A stretch of 64,000 bases of DNA from Styela clava. Its lineage: Eukaryota. Position numbers and translations under genes: made by a program. Shown here in pieces: positions 1 through 11,200 of this stretch (positions are counted from its first letter, which is position 1; every line of letters starts with the position of its first letter). The notes below the pieces were generated by a model. That model searched no databases, had not been told where the DNA came from, and was given only the letters and a program-made list of their open reading frames with translations. The stretch is from the NCBI RefSeq assembly GCF_964204865.1, contig NC_135254.1, positions 4,774,001-4,838,000 of the forward strand, in the 5' to 3' direction.

Positions 1-1459
1 AAATATTACGGTATCCAATTTTGTAGTATATGGGTTGACAAAAAAATGTCAGTTTATTCAACATATTTTCATTAATAAATAATGCGAATAAATAGACTTT
101 ACACCGAATTTAATATATTGACAATACAGGCATCGTATTAGCCTAGTGTTTAGACTTGACTATGTTAGCATGTTTGATTAAAATACCCATGTTCAATTCA
201 TACCAGCACAATAAGACACCTCACCCTAAGTGTTGTATACACTGCTGAACAGGAGTATTTTAAGTTCTTTCCTGCTATGTAGAAGTTTCATATTCAGCAT
301 TGGATGCTTGTTCAAAGTCCTGTTTTGGGCAATGGAAGCTACAAATTTATCAAAAAATGCCCCAAAAATATTAATATTTAGCAGCCACTTAGTAGAGATC
401 TGCTATTAATTTGAAAGAACTAAAATCTTAAGCTTCGGCATTGACTACCCAATCTAACACACGCTGGGTGTGGTGGGGGTAGGGTGGAGGTGGGGGAGGC
501 ATGGAATTTAAACCTAAGATGTGTAATCTGAGATGCCCGCACAGTTGAGTCTTACGCTTCGGCTGCCTTGGTTGTTTTACTTATATTATGTTATGCCCAT
601 ACGGAAATCTCCCAAATACTATGTTGACAAAAAATTTCATCATAATATTTATAGTTTTATCGGTTCATTATTTGTAACAATTGATCAAATATATTATTTG
701 CACAATGGCTGCATTGGCAATATTGTTTTGGCTTTGTTGTAGATTTAATGAAGGCGAGTTCAAGATCAAAGTTAACATCTCAGTTCACTATCTTATGCTG
801 GAAACAGTGGAACCAGTGTTGCAGGAAATCTATCTAAATTCCCAGAAATTCTGTGAAATAAAAAAAGAATTATTATGCATAGAACAAAGGAAAAATTTGT
901 CAATCTGTACACTATGATATGGCAGCAAACATGTTGTGTTTCCACAAGCTCCACATTTCCCAACCACAAAACTAATGATGTGTTTTTTGGTCTCTATTTT
1001 TTGTAAAGTTAAAACTTTACTTTAAACGCGATTTATAATTTTCTTTCTTGCATTAGCGAATAAATATATGATATTGAATACTATTCATGTTATAATCCGG
1101 CCCACCGAGGACTTTATTTTCCCACATGTGGCCCGCCGACTAGAGAAGTTGCCCACCCCTAACATAGAGTGTCTGTCTCATTGAAAGGGCTTTTGGATCT
1201 GAATTTTTTCAAATAGGGATGGGCTTTTCAAATCAAATATTTGAATCAAATCGAATTGTAAATTATTAGAATCGGGCAAAACTTCATGTGAAGAAGCAAT
1301 CCTTTATTTACCTCAGATACCAATGCAAGTTCATTACTCAATTTAGTTTCAAGCGATAATTATCTACTTTGTTATTTCAGCAATTCAAGACCATTTATAT
1401 GAATGCATGTTGGGGAAAATGGACAAAGCATTATTTTGCCAGAGTGTCAAATGAATAAA

Positions 1460-4400
1460 TTATCTCACCATTATTGATGCATCAAACTCAAATTCCCTTG
1501 CCTTCAATGCTTTTTGCAGTTTCTTTGTATGATTTAGATCTGGATATCCATTGCTTAAATAAAAAATAATTGAAAATTTGTAAGTTTTGTATTTAACAAT
1601 GATAGATCCTGCCTGGGGGGTAATGAAGTACACAATTGGGTTCTAGGGATTTAAAGTCATTTTCGTCGTTCCCGAACCAAGATGGCAGACACCGGAATGT
1701 AGTATGTGCACCAGGTTTGGTACGGCCATAATTTTATTCCAATTTTCTTTAGTTCTATTACGAGTTCGGGCACTAGCCAAGTGACTCCCATAGTATTTCT
1801 ACCTGAAATCATAGCCTAACCCTAACCTGGTACACATACTACGTTCCAGTGTTCGCCATCTTGGTTAAATATTTCAGGAGTACCAAAATTTCGTCTGAGC
1901 AATTGAGAAAAAGTCATGATGGCTACAAATGGCCAATATAGTTTCTGTTTAAAGTTTGAGAAAACTTTAGCTTCATTAGACATTAGCTTCAAAAGTCTGA
2001 AATCAAAACTTTTTGACAAGACGAAAATACGACTCTGGCTTTGACGTCGATACCAAAAGGATTTCAAACTTTGTGTCATTTCACAATTTAAGATAAATTA
2101 TGGTATACCAAAAATTGTCCTAATTGACTTTACTTCTTGCTCATGTCACCATTGGTTTGATTGGAGTGAATTACAAGAATATCATTTGTACTAAGAACCA
2201 TAACCATGATGCAGATGCCAAAAATACAACATTTTAGAATTATAATATAAATATCCAATCCAGCGTTTCCCAAACTGTGTTCCGTCTTCCGAGTGTTCCG
2301 TGGAAAATAAATCAAAATACGTCTAAACGGGTCGCCATGGCGATCTAGGGATCGTGAAGTTGTCGCCCAACTGACCGTTCAATATCGTGTCTCGTTGGCC
2401 TAAAGCGGACTAACTAAGGTAGGGTAGGGGCATATTCGTTAACCGTCGGCCTTAGCTCTTTGACTGTTAAGTTCATTATCAAGTTTGCAGCAATAGGCAA
2501 ACAGGTAGGTCTTAAAGAATGAGGGCAAATGGTCAACTCTTCTTCCGTCATCTCTGTCTGATTTTACTTTGAAATGCTGAAAAATTTACTCATGTTCGCT
2601 AAACTCGATTCAGCAGATCAATAAACTGCAGCTCGCAAAGTTGCAGAAAGTACGTCTATCTCCATTAGACTTAACATTAAAGAGGCAAACACTACGTAAT
2701 CGAAAGTAAACGATATAGAAAGGTATAATGATTCATATACACAGCATTCAAATTGAGAAACAATAAAACATTTATAATAAATGAAATATGTAAAATATTC
2801 AATCATATTTTAGGTATGTTCAACATAATTCTGTTAGTTTTTGCGGCGCATTTGGCAACTCGCCACGACGAACCCATTGGGAACCGCTACATTACACCGT
2901 TTTTCTTTTTACCCTTTCATTTTTTAGTGTTCCGCGAGGCGAGATAAAAAGTGTAAGTGTTCCGTGGCCGAAAAAGTTTGGGAAACGCTAAATTCTAATC
3001 TATTTAATAAATACATTTGGTCATAGTGATTGATTATGTTTGAGACCGGTAGATCAAAAATAGTATGTCTTTCCAAATAAAATATATCATTTACAATTAA
3101 AGATACTTGAGAATAGTTCACAAAAAATCAAGAATAAATTCAAATGAAGTATCCATTATGCCTTTAATGCTTCAAAAATCTTTAAAAATCGGCAATACCC
3201 TAAATGTACTTCGAGCTGTAAACACAATTTTATAATATTTTTCCTGAATAGAAATTTAGTTATCAAAACTAATATTTTGAAAGAACTTTGAATTTTGTTG
3301 TAGAGCAATACCCAGTAATAACCTAATTTGAAGTAGGGTAAGTAATCATAAAACATACAACGCACTCACTTCTCTGGCCCTCCAGTTTTATTAGTCTTAT
3401 GAGGAAACTCATCGTTCCAAACAATTTTTCCTCGTCTGTCACCAACTTCTTGAATCTTGAAAATCAATCCTGCATTGAATGCTTGATGGAGTAAGTTGTG
3501 ACATATGTTTCCATCAAAAGTATTTGGCAAATATTCCGTGTATTCCTGAGCTTCATATAAAAAACCCTGGAGAAACAAACATAACTAATCATCTATCATA
3601 CCTGGGGATTTGTTAAAACGTAAATAAATATCAGAATATCTATGAACATTCACTAGAAGTAAGTCAAATAACTTTCTATCAAAATACTTGGTATTTTAAT
3701 TTTAAAACATCATTTTAACTTGACAACGGGATAACTCAATTATACGTTGAAAATCAGAAATTATGGCTATGTCAGGATTTCACCGCACCATTAAATCTAA
3801 TTCTAAATTAAAAATAGATGAACTAAATTCTATGAACATCTTATTTGATATTATTCAGATTTCAACAAGAATGATCTATATATTGCTATGTTATGATTTT
3901 ACTACACAAACTATTTTTCTATTTGAATTTTATATCAATACCAAATTTTTTAATGCTTTGATTTCCATTAGAACTGAATTCGATCAGGATACCCAGTTTA
4001 AATTAATCATAGACGGACAAAGCATGAACCAGAGTCAACACATATATTATAAGCATTATACCAATACTGCATGATTCTGTATATTTCTATGGGAGGCAAT
4101 AACTCATGTGGGTTATTGTAAACATTAACAATACCGCATTCAAACTTCTGGGCTGTGCGAAGGCCTACGGTTAAAGCGTTAGACTGAACTAAGCTGACAT
4201 CACATATTGAACATCTCGGTTCAGATCCCCATGCCCACCACCTCATCCAGGGTGAAATAAACGCGAACCAGAAATGCCTGATTCTTTGAAAAAATAATAA
4301 TAGCTCTTTAAATATAATTACGGTAGATATCAGTGGCTGCTTGTATAGGTCCTTGTTCAGAGCAAAAGTCATGAATAATAAAAATAAATTACTGGGGATA

Positions 4401-7400
4401 GCCAATACCCTATACCAGTACCCGAGTGCCACTAACATATCAAAGAAACTAGCTAGCAAGAACTCGTTGAAATATACACAATGTTATGAAAGCGTGTTTC
4501 TCACTGAATTCGGTGTGACAATTTTAAATAGCAGTTTTCTTTAGAAATTTTTGCGTCTTAACTAAACATTTCTGCCAAGACCCGAACATCGCACCATAGG
4601 ATCAATCAAAAATATAAACAATTTTTTATGCTTGTATATACTGTACAGTAGAAACTTCACCTTACAAAAATTCTGTTTGTTAAAATATTGTTTCGACTAA
4701 CGTAAGAGTTTCTACATAAGAAAGGCCGAAAATTGAAAACAAAAAACGCGTGTAGTGACATTTGTTTATTTTACGTTAATGCAGTGCTTGAAGCCCGGGT
4801 GTCCAATTCATCCGGCCCGTGGTCAACGTTTTGATCCAAAACACTTCACAATTATTTCATTTTTTAACGTATTCATAGGCAGTCGGTAGTAAATTACAGT
4901 CGGCATGAAAGGATTTCAATCAGCTCTGACTTGAAGTGCTTGTTACACATCACGGATATTTTTCATTAAAAATATTTTACAAATATTATAGTATATTTCA
5001 ATTTTTTCAAGGTAGTTTGTGCGACCTCGGCAATAAATCTAGAAGCAAATTGTTTAATTAATTGCATTCATCCTTTCATTTAATAGTGACCGAACACAGG
5101 GGAAATTTATTTCATTTCTTGCAATTTAGACTAGAGCTTATAAAATATTTCATAATTAATATATAGTATGTATCGCGGCGTCGTTGATGACAATATCGTT
5201 CAGTTTAAGTTAACGGTATCAATATATATTCAAAAATGAAATCATAACAGCCGACATGAAATATTTAAATCAGCGCCGAATGGCAAAATAAAAGAAGTCT
5301 TTCGGTCCTAATTCTTAAAACTGCAAAATAAAAAGAGTAAATTCTAATTTTAAATTTCATGTGCGTGTGCTCATTTTTGTACATTACGCTCTCTCTTAGA
5401 TTTCAACTTTTAACGCCTCCTCCGACCACCTCATCTCCGTGGTCTTCGCTTAGCCCAGTCAAATAGTATACCAAAATTTATGGGGGCTTGGAGCGGATGA
5501 ATGCATTTTCAGGTAAAAAGCATCCATACTTACGAACTTTTCTACTTACGAAGGGGCTTGGAACAAAATAATTTTTTACCATTACGGAAACCTTTTCACA
5601 AGTAGAAAATTCTGCAAGGTACACATGGCGAGAAGAAAGAACAGAGAAATACTAAATAAAAACTACAAATTTTTGTATCCAGAGATGTACTTAGAGACGT
5701 ATGTAGAGTTTAGAGGCCCGCGGTTTCACTCAGTTACTTTTATTTGGCCCGCCTAAAAAAAGGTTGCGCACCCCTGCTCCACTTAGTAGTTTTTGGCATA
5801 TGTAATGATTTTGCATCTCACTCACAATAAAATATATATTTGTAACCACTCAATGAATCGATTCATAAAGTTTACAATTACCGTACAATAATTGCACCAA
5901 GAATTATAGGCCATTTCTAAATATTACTTTCAAAGATTTGTGATTCCTCTTTATTGCACTGGCATTCGATGCATAAAATCGATTTTCATATATATATATA
6001 TATATATACTAATTTGCATTTGAGGATCAATATTATGTATAAGAACCTTCTTGATTAAGAATCTTGATTTGATTAAATCTATAGTTTATTTTCCAACCGA
6101 CAATTAAATTGGTTTCATATCTCACCATCAGACTTCCAGCAGGAAATGAGTAGGTGATGACACTAGTCCACACTCTTTCATATCCTGGCAGTGATTCAAG
6201 CAATAAATTCCTTCTCATCTCCCATCCAGATGGTTGTTGGTTGATGGTTATTAGACCAGATGTAGTTTGAATTGAAGATTGAGATTCTGCACCTGGATGA
6301 ATGAAACCAGAACTTGTAGCAAAAATAATGTTTGTTCTTATTTAAGCAAAAATGCTTGCGATTGAGGGGTTCGATGATATTTAAAGGGTACCATGATATA
6401 TTAAAATTATAAAATGAAAGAATGAAAATTATGGTTCCTGGATGTAAGTGAGCTTTTGTGTGATTATTTGAGTTTTGGGACAATGCCATGGCCTAGCGGT
6501 TAAACTGTAAGATGGCATTACAGATTACACATTTCAGGTTTAATATCTATACCACCCTCCTTGAGTCAAAGTGTATAATAGATTGGGCAGGCAATGCCTT
6601 ACAAAAAAAATCAGGTTCTCCAGAATAAAGTACCTTCCTACAAATCAATAGATATCAGTGGCTGCAAGTGTATGACCTCGTTTGTTAATTAATGTCTTAT
6701 AAAATGAATTCATCAAACATTTTCTGAGAAGTTGAGTTTATGGTTTACCAATACTTTAAATATGCTGAATCATGAGTTTATCCAGTAACTCAAATCTGGG
6801 TCAGAGGTCACATTTTAGCCCTAAAATGAGAATTTTGATGGGAACATTCCAAATTCCCAGTCTAAGACCCCCCGATTTATGAAAACTTACACAGAAGGCA
6901 CGTTATTCCTGACTTTTAGTATTCAATGTATTACTTTCATTACCATTAAGTGGTTTGGATTGGGCAGAGCCATAACCCGATGCACCCCCTGTGGCGAAAG
7001 ATTCTTCCTCATCATCTTCTGAAGAGCTTGAATTTGGTTGGAACAGGGGATTCTCTGCATTTGGTTTTTCCTCGGCTTTTGAAGATGCTCGTGAAAATAT
7101 TTCATCCACAAGGGAATCGTAGCATCTCTCTGAATTTTTTACTAAAGGCTCAATTCGAACTGTCTTTTTCAAAAACTCTAGAGATGAATCTTTGAGTTTA
7201 ATGAAACTAAACAAGTCTTGAAAGATTTTTTTTCTGTTTTTGACATCATGTTTTACCCATTTTATCATCGCCTCATATTTGACAGCCTCAGAAGAATAAT
7301 TTGTTTCTGAAGATTTGAAAAGTCTTAGTATGTCTTTTTTACTGATATCAAGAAATTCATTTTTCTTGCTAATTTGGTCAAAATTTGTCGCCAAGTATCG

Positions 7401-8246
7401 ATTAATGGAATCTTTAACTGTCATTTGTTCAGGAACTTCATTGGTTTCAGAAAGATTCTTCAAGATAAAGCAGTTGTTAATATCAAGGTTTGTCTCAAGT
7501 TTTTTGAAATCAGAAAATAATGCAGTGATTACCAATTTCTTGCCTGTTTTATTGTTTTTAACAATGGGTTCTTTGAGGACAGTTTCCAGGAGAAATTTGA
7601 AGGGAAATTGCTGAATGCAGACAAGCTCAGAAACGTCTACGTTATCTTTTCCTCTTGCCCATGTTACCACAGCTTTCCATGATGTTTGGTAAGTCTCGTT
7701 TCTCATGTAACGCAAGAGATCTGATTTGGTGATGAATGGAAACATTTCGGAAGAAATAATGGATTCGAAATTATCAATCGCGATCTTTTCGGCTTGTTGT
7801 TTTAGATCACGGCGATCATACATTTGAGCCAAGTTGATTACAGAGAGACAATTTATTGGAGAAATGTTAATTTCCAAGAATTGAAAACAAAGATTCGTTA
7901 ATTCCTCCATTTGTAAAAGATTGGAAGCATGCAGGATATGCTTAATGTTTTCTAATTTCAAATCTGCCTTTCCTTTATACATGAACTCTATGCATTGTGC
8001 GATCGCATCCTGATCGACATCCTTCATATTAATGTGACCGTCATGGACCTCCTTCAAGTTGCTTGAAAACATAGCTTCAAAGTATTCTGAAGAGGCTGCC
8101 AAGACAGTACGATGCACTTGAAATGATTGGTCGCCAACGTTGATGTTGAAATCGCAAAGAAACCCTTTCTCTTTGAACCTGTCATATGATGTCATGAGAC
8201 GATCTGACTGTTTTGCTCTAGCCTGGTTTATTACTTGTGAATTCAT
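1460..8246 (-). CDS. BTB-BACK-BACK-Deltex C-terminal (DTC) domain fusion protein, copy 1 (4 coding exons, 586 aa)
   Basis: Exons 8246-6944 (donor AATG|GTAATG, phase 1), 6292-6126 (CATCCAG|, ATG|GTGAGA, phase 0), 3566-3370 (CTCCAG|, AA|GTGAGT, phase 2) and 1553-1460 (TTTAAG|, TAA). They total 1761 nt in one open frame. Exon 1 encodes a BTB (CDFNINVG..VHRTVLAASSEYFEAMFSSNLKE) and two BACK-like repeats. Exons 2-4 read NQQPSG..SLPGYERVWTSVITYSFPAG / YLPNTFDG..LLHQAFNAGLIF..IVWNDEFPHKTNKTGGPE / NGYPDLNHTKKLQKALKA, which matches DTX3/DTX3L-type DTC motifs. Confidence 0.85.
1655..1885. mobile_element. Palindromic MITE family with internal CCTAACC repeats (other copies 13390-13480, 18188-18376)
   Basis: 1676-1718 is inverted to 1824-1866. 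The 18188-18376 copy has TIRs GGTACTCCCGAAGTATGTGAAC / GTTCACATACTTCTGGAGTACC. Confidence 0.7.
2261..2990. mobile_element. hAT (Charlie-like) MITE in intron 3 of copy 1, probably with a nested related element
   Basis: TIRs CAGCGTTTCCCAAACT / AGTTTGGGAAACGCT and subterminal GTGTTCCG repeats. A second TTGGGAACCGCT end lies at ~2880. Confidence 0.7.
3370..3566 (-). CDS. Exon 3 of copy 1: core of Deltex C-terminal domain
   Basis: GFLYEAQEYTEYLPNTFDGNICHNLLHQAFNAGLIFKIQEVGDRRGKIVWNDEFPHKTNKTGGPE, bounded by consensus AG and GTGAGT. Carries the YLP..G..LL..AF..LIF..WND..HKT..GGP Deltex signature. Confidence 0.88.
4150..4400 (+). mobile_element. tRNA-derived SINE (paralogous copy 21147-21350; related copies ~6487-6690, ~21955-22150, ~130-260)
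   Basis: Pol III A-box-like GGCCTACGGTTAAAGCG and B-box GGTTCAGATCCC, followed by a shared GATATCAGTGGCTGC core. No intact cloverleaf. Confidence 0.6.
4795..5776. mobile_element. Decayed Charlie-like hAT MITE(s) in intron 2 of copy 1
   Basis: GGGTGTCCAA..CCGGCCCG start and TTGGCCCGCC..GGTTGCGCACCCCTG end. Absent from the copy 2 intron. Confidence 0.5.
6944..8246 (-). CDS. Exon 1 of copy 1: BTB + tandem BACK domains + acidic/Ser linker
   Basis: ORF 6903-8246 with canonical Kelch-family BTB motifs, including the LKE (phi-x-E) CUL3-contact motif. The second BACK reads NF..I.K..EFLDISK..SEAVKYEAMIKWVKHD..R. No Kelch repeats. Confidence 0.92.
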
Positions 8247-11200
8247 CTTCTTTCTTTTACAATTTAAGCATTAAAGTAAGATATGAAAATGGTAGTTTAG
8301 TTTCTATCAAGCATGCCTTGAATAAAAAAAGTTTCAACTTTACTAGCTCAGCTCACAAACAACCTAGAATCAGACATAGCTCAACAAACTGGACCATAGA
8401 ATGGCAAAATATCAAGTTAGTATTGTCATGATATATTGATAATTGGTCTGAGCGCTGAAAACTAAAAATATCAGCTAAATCAATTACAAGGTTCAAGAAG
8501 TCACCGCAATTTTCCCACAATTTTAAATGAGTAGGATATGCCAGACCAGACTAAGAATTATAGCAGCCACTAATAATTTGAATATATCTGTTCATAACAC
8601 TTTTATGGAAGCGAAGCAACACGAAATGCATGACTTTTTTAGAATTTAACAAGTTATAATGTTTTAGAATCGGTTTTGGTTTGTTTTATTTCAACTCTGC
8701 CTCTTATCTTTTTGGTATTTACTCTATCACATTATATCATATACTCATATTTCACTCTTTATTTTATTTAAAGAAGACATAAATTTACATTTTCCTATTC
8801 AAAAGAGACAATAAATTTAGCCATAAAATACACTACCATAAGATGACAAGTCAAAATTTGTCAAATTCGATCAAGAGTTCAAAATGAAAAGTTAAATATT
8901 TAGTTCATTGACGTAACAATAATGCATAAATGCTAAAAATCTCTTTTATACTGCTTATTGAATAGAATTCTAGAGTATATTTACGACCCTGTTAAATATA
9001 AACATCAATACAGTGATTACTATTATAAGAAAATGTAGATCAAAAATGAAACCTTTCTTGCAAGATTTTGAGAAATATTTGAATAAATGTGACTGATTTT
9101 GATTGCACAAATTGATTGGTAACTTAATTAATTAATGTAGTAGTATTAATGTATTTAATGTGAGCTTGCCAGATTCCAAGATTTATTCATTCATTTCACA
9201 GTCATATCAACAAAAATGAACATCAAGATATAATGATCAATAAATGATAGGCCTAAATTTAGGCATACTGCCCTGTTTTCAGACGTGACTTATAAAATAT
9301 ATATTTCTAATAAAATGAATCAAGATAATAAATTTGCGAACATCAGCATGATACTTTTATAACATTATAACACAAACCTTGCTTACAATGAATCTGACAC
9401 TATTTAATAAAAGTCGTATAACATAAAATAAACAAGCTAAATATTGCTAAACTTCCAGACTAATCTGACCAGCTGTTCATGGGACCTTCTGTTACAAATT
9501 ATGTGTATATGCCTTTTTATGTTTACTCTGAATTATTGATAGAGTCTATTATAATTTTTAACTCAAATCCTATCAATTCCATAATTTTGAAGTTTTGGGT
9601 GAGTTTTATATAAGTTCATGTGATGAGAGTATTTGGCAGGAAACAATGTTTCGTTTCGCTTGAAAAAGGTTGATGAATATGGATTTTGAATACATATACT
9701 TAATTAATAAATTTCAATAACTTGAAAATGACATAAATTTTGCCAAAGTTGTGAACAGTCGAACAGGAGGTTTGTACTATGTAATTAGTTACCTTCTGTA
9801 ATTTGTCCCTGATTTCACATAGCTGGTTGCCGTAATCAGAAATGCAAACAAACCATTTTTAATAAGAGGTCACTTAATGAAAAATTCCTATTCGTTATCT
9901 CCTCGTAACACGTATCCCTGTTTGCTTTGTATTTCATATTAGATTTTACTTTTAACAAAATGTAGTTTTTGTAATATGCAAAATCAGGTTTTATTATTTT
10001 TAATTCACTATGAATAATTGTCCGCAAACTAGGAATAAAACAATACATATCTATATAAATATATTGTTAGAACATATTATGATATACTAGTACATATTAT
10101 TAGTATATGATTCTTGTGAATTCACTACCTCATTGTTATTTTCCCGAATATAACGACCTGAACTATTCTGAGTCTCACCCCAACCGTTATTTTGTGAATT
10201 GTATATTATCTCTTGGCCCCACAGTAGGATGGGGCTGGTAATGCCTGAATTCAAAATTGCCATTGCATGACAGAATAAATATGAATACTTGAACTTGGGA
10301 AGAATTTTATAATGAATATGAAAATCCAAAAGTGCGGATGTTGGGACTTGTAATTATGACTGAGATTTTGGCATGTTGAGTCAAATACATTAATATCGTA
10401 TGTTAGAGATTTTTGTGATAATCCTGATGAGTCTTGTGGCCAATCTAAGCAAATCACATAATATCAAACTAGATTATCTGGTGTATTAAGATAACACCTA
10501 ACAAGGCCATATCTATCATAATGGAGTAAGGCATTGGCTAGTTATGATCTGAGCAGAAAATATAAAAAGGTAATAAATTAAAACTTAATCAATCGAAGAA
10601 AATACACAATTGCTGAACTTCTGAAGGTGATAATGTAGATTTTGGTCACAAATAGAAGACTGGAAATAAGTTGTGAGATAAATGACATAGGCCTTAGCTG
10701 CTTCATCAGCTGCTTATCAATGGACAGAAACCTAATATTGTTTAAGTTACTGCATCACGATGAAATTGGTAAATTATAGAGCACTGTAAGAACATTATCA
10801 GTCTAGAATCCAGCACCTTTCAGAATGAAACTTGACAAATTGATGCCCTCTTACCCTGGAAGTTACTTTCGACCCTTATACAAACCAATAAGTCACTAAC
10901 ACTCCAGTAACTTTAATCTTTTTTTGATCAAGTAAAATATGCCTATTTTTCTGCAACATTTACCTAGTTGACATTCTGAACACCTACACAATTAACTGAG
11001 CCCATTTATTGAATCTGTCTTACTATTTTTGAACAATTAAATATAGAAGTCATTTTAAACATTAATTGAGATTTGTATACTCCCTTATTGTTTTCATACG
11101 TTTTTCATCTTAAAGTCGTCCTAATTAAAACGGATTTACTTAGTATATTGTTAATTCTTCCTAATTGGTCCTATTTATTTCATTCATGCATCCATTTATT

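Noticed and set aside
4150-4230. tRNA gene
   Set aside because: A and B boxes are present but there is no acceptor stem or cloverleaf. It is followed by a shared core found in several copies, so it is a SINE head.
6903-8246. Calling the ORF a complete single-exon Kelch-like (KLHL) gene or a truncated KLHL pseudogene
   Set aside because: No Kelch repeats occur anywhere downstream. In-frame DTC exons with conserved splice sites explain the C-terminus.
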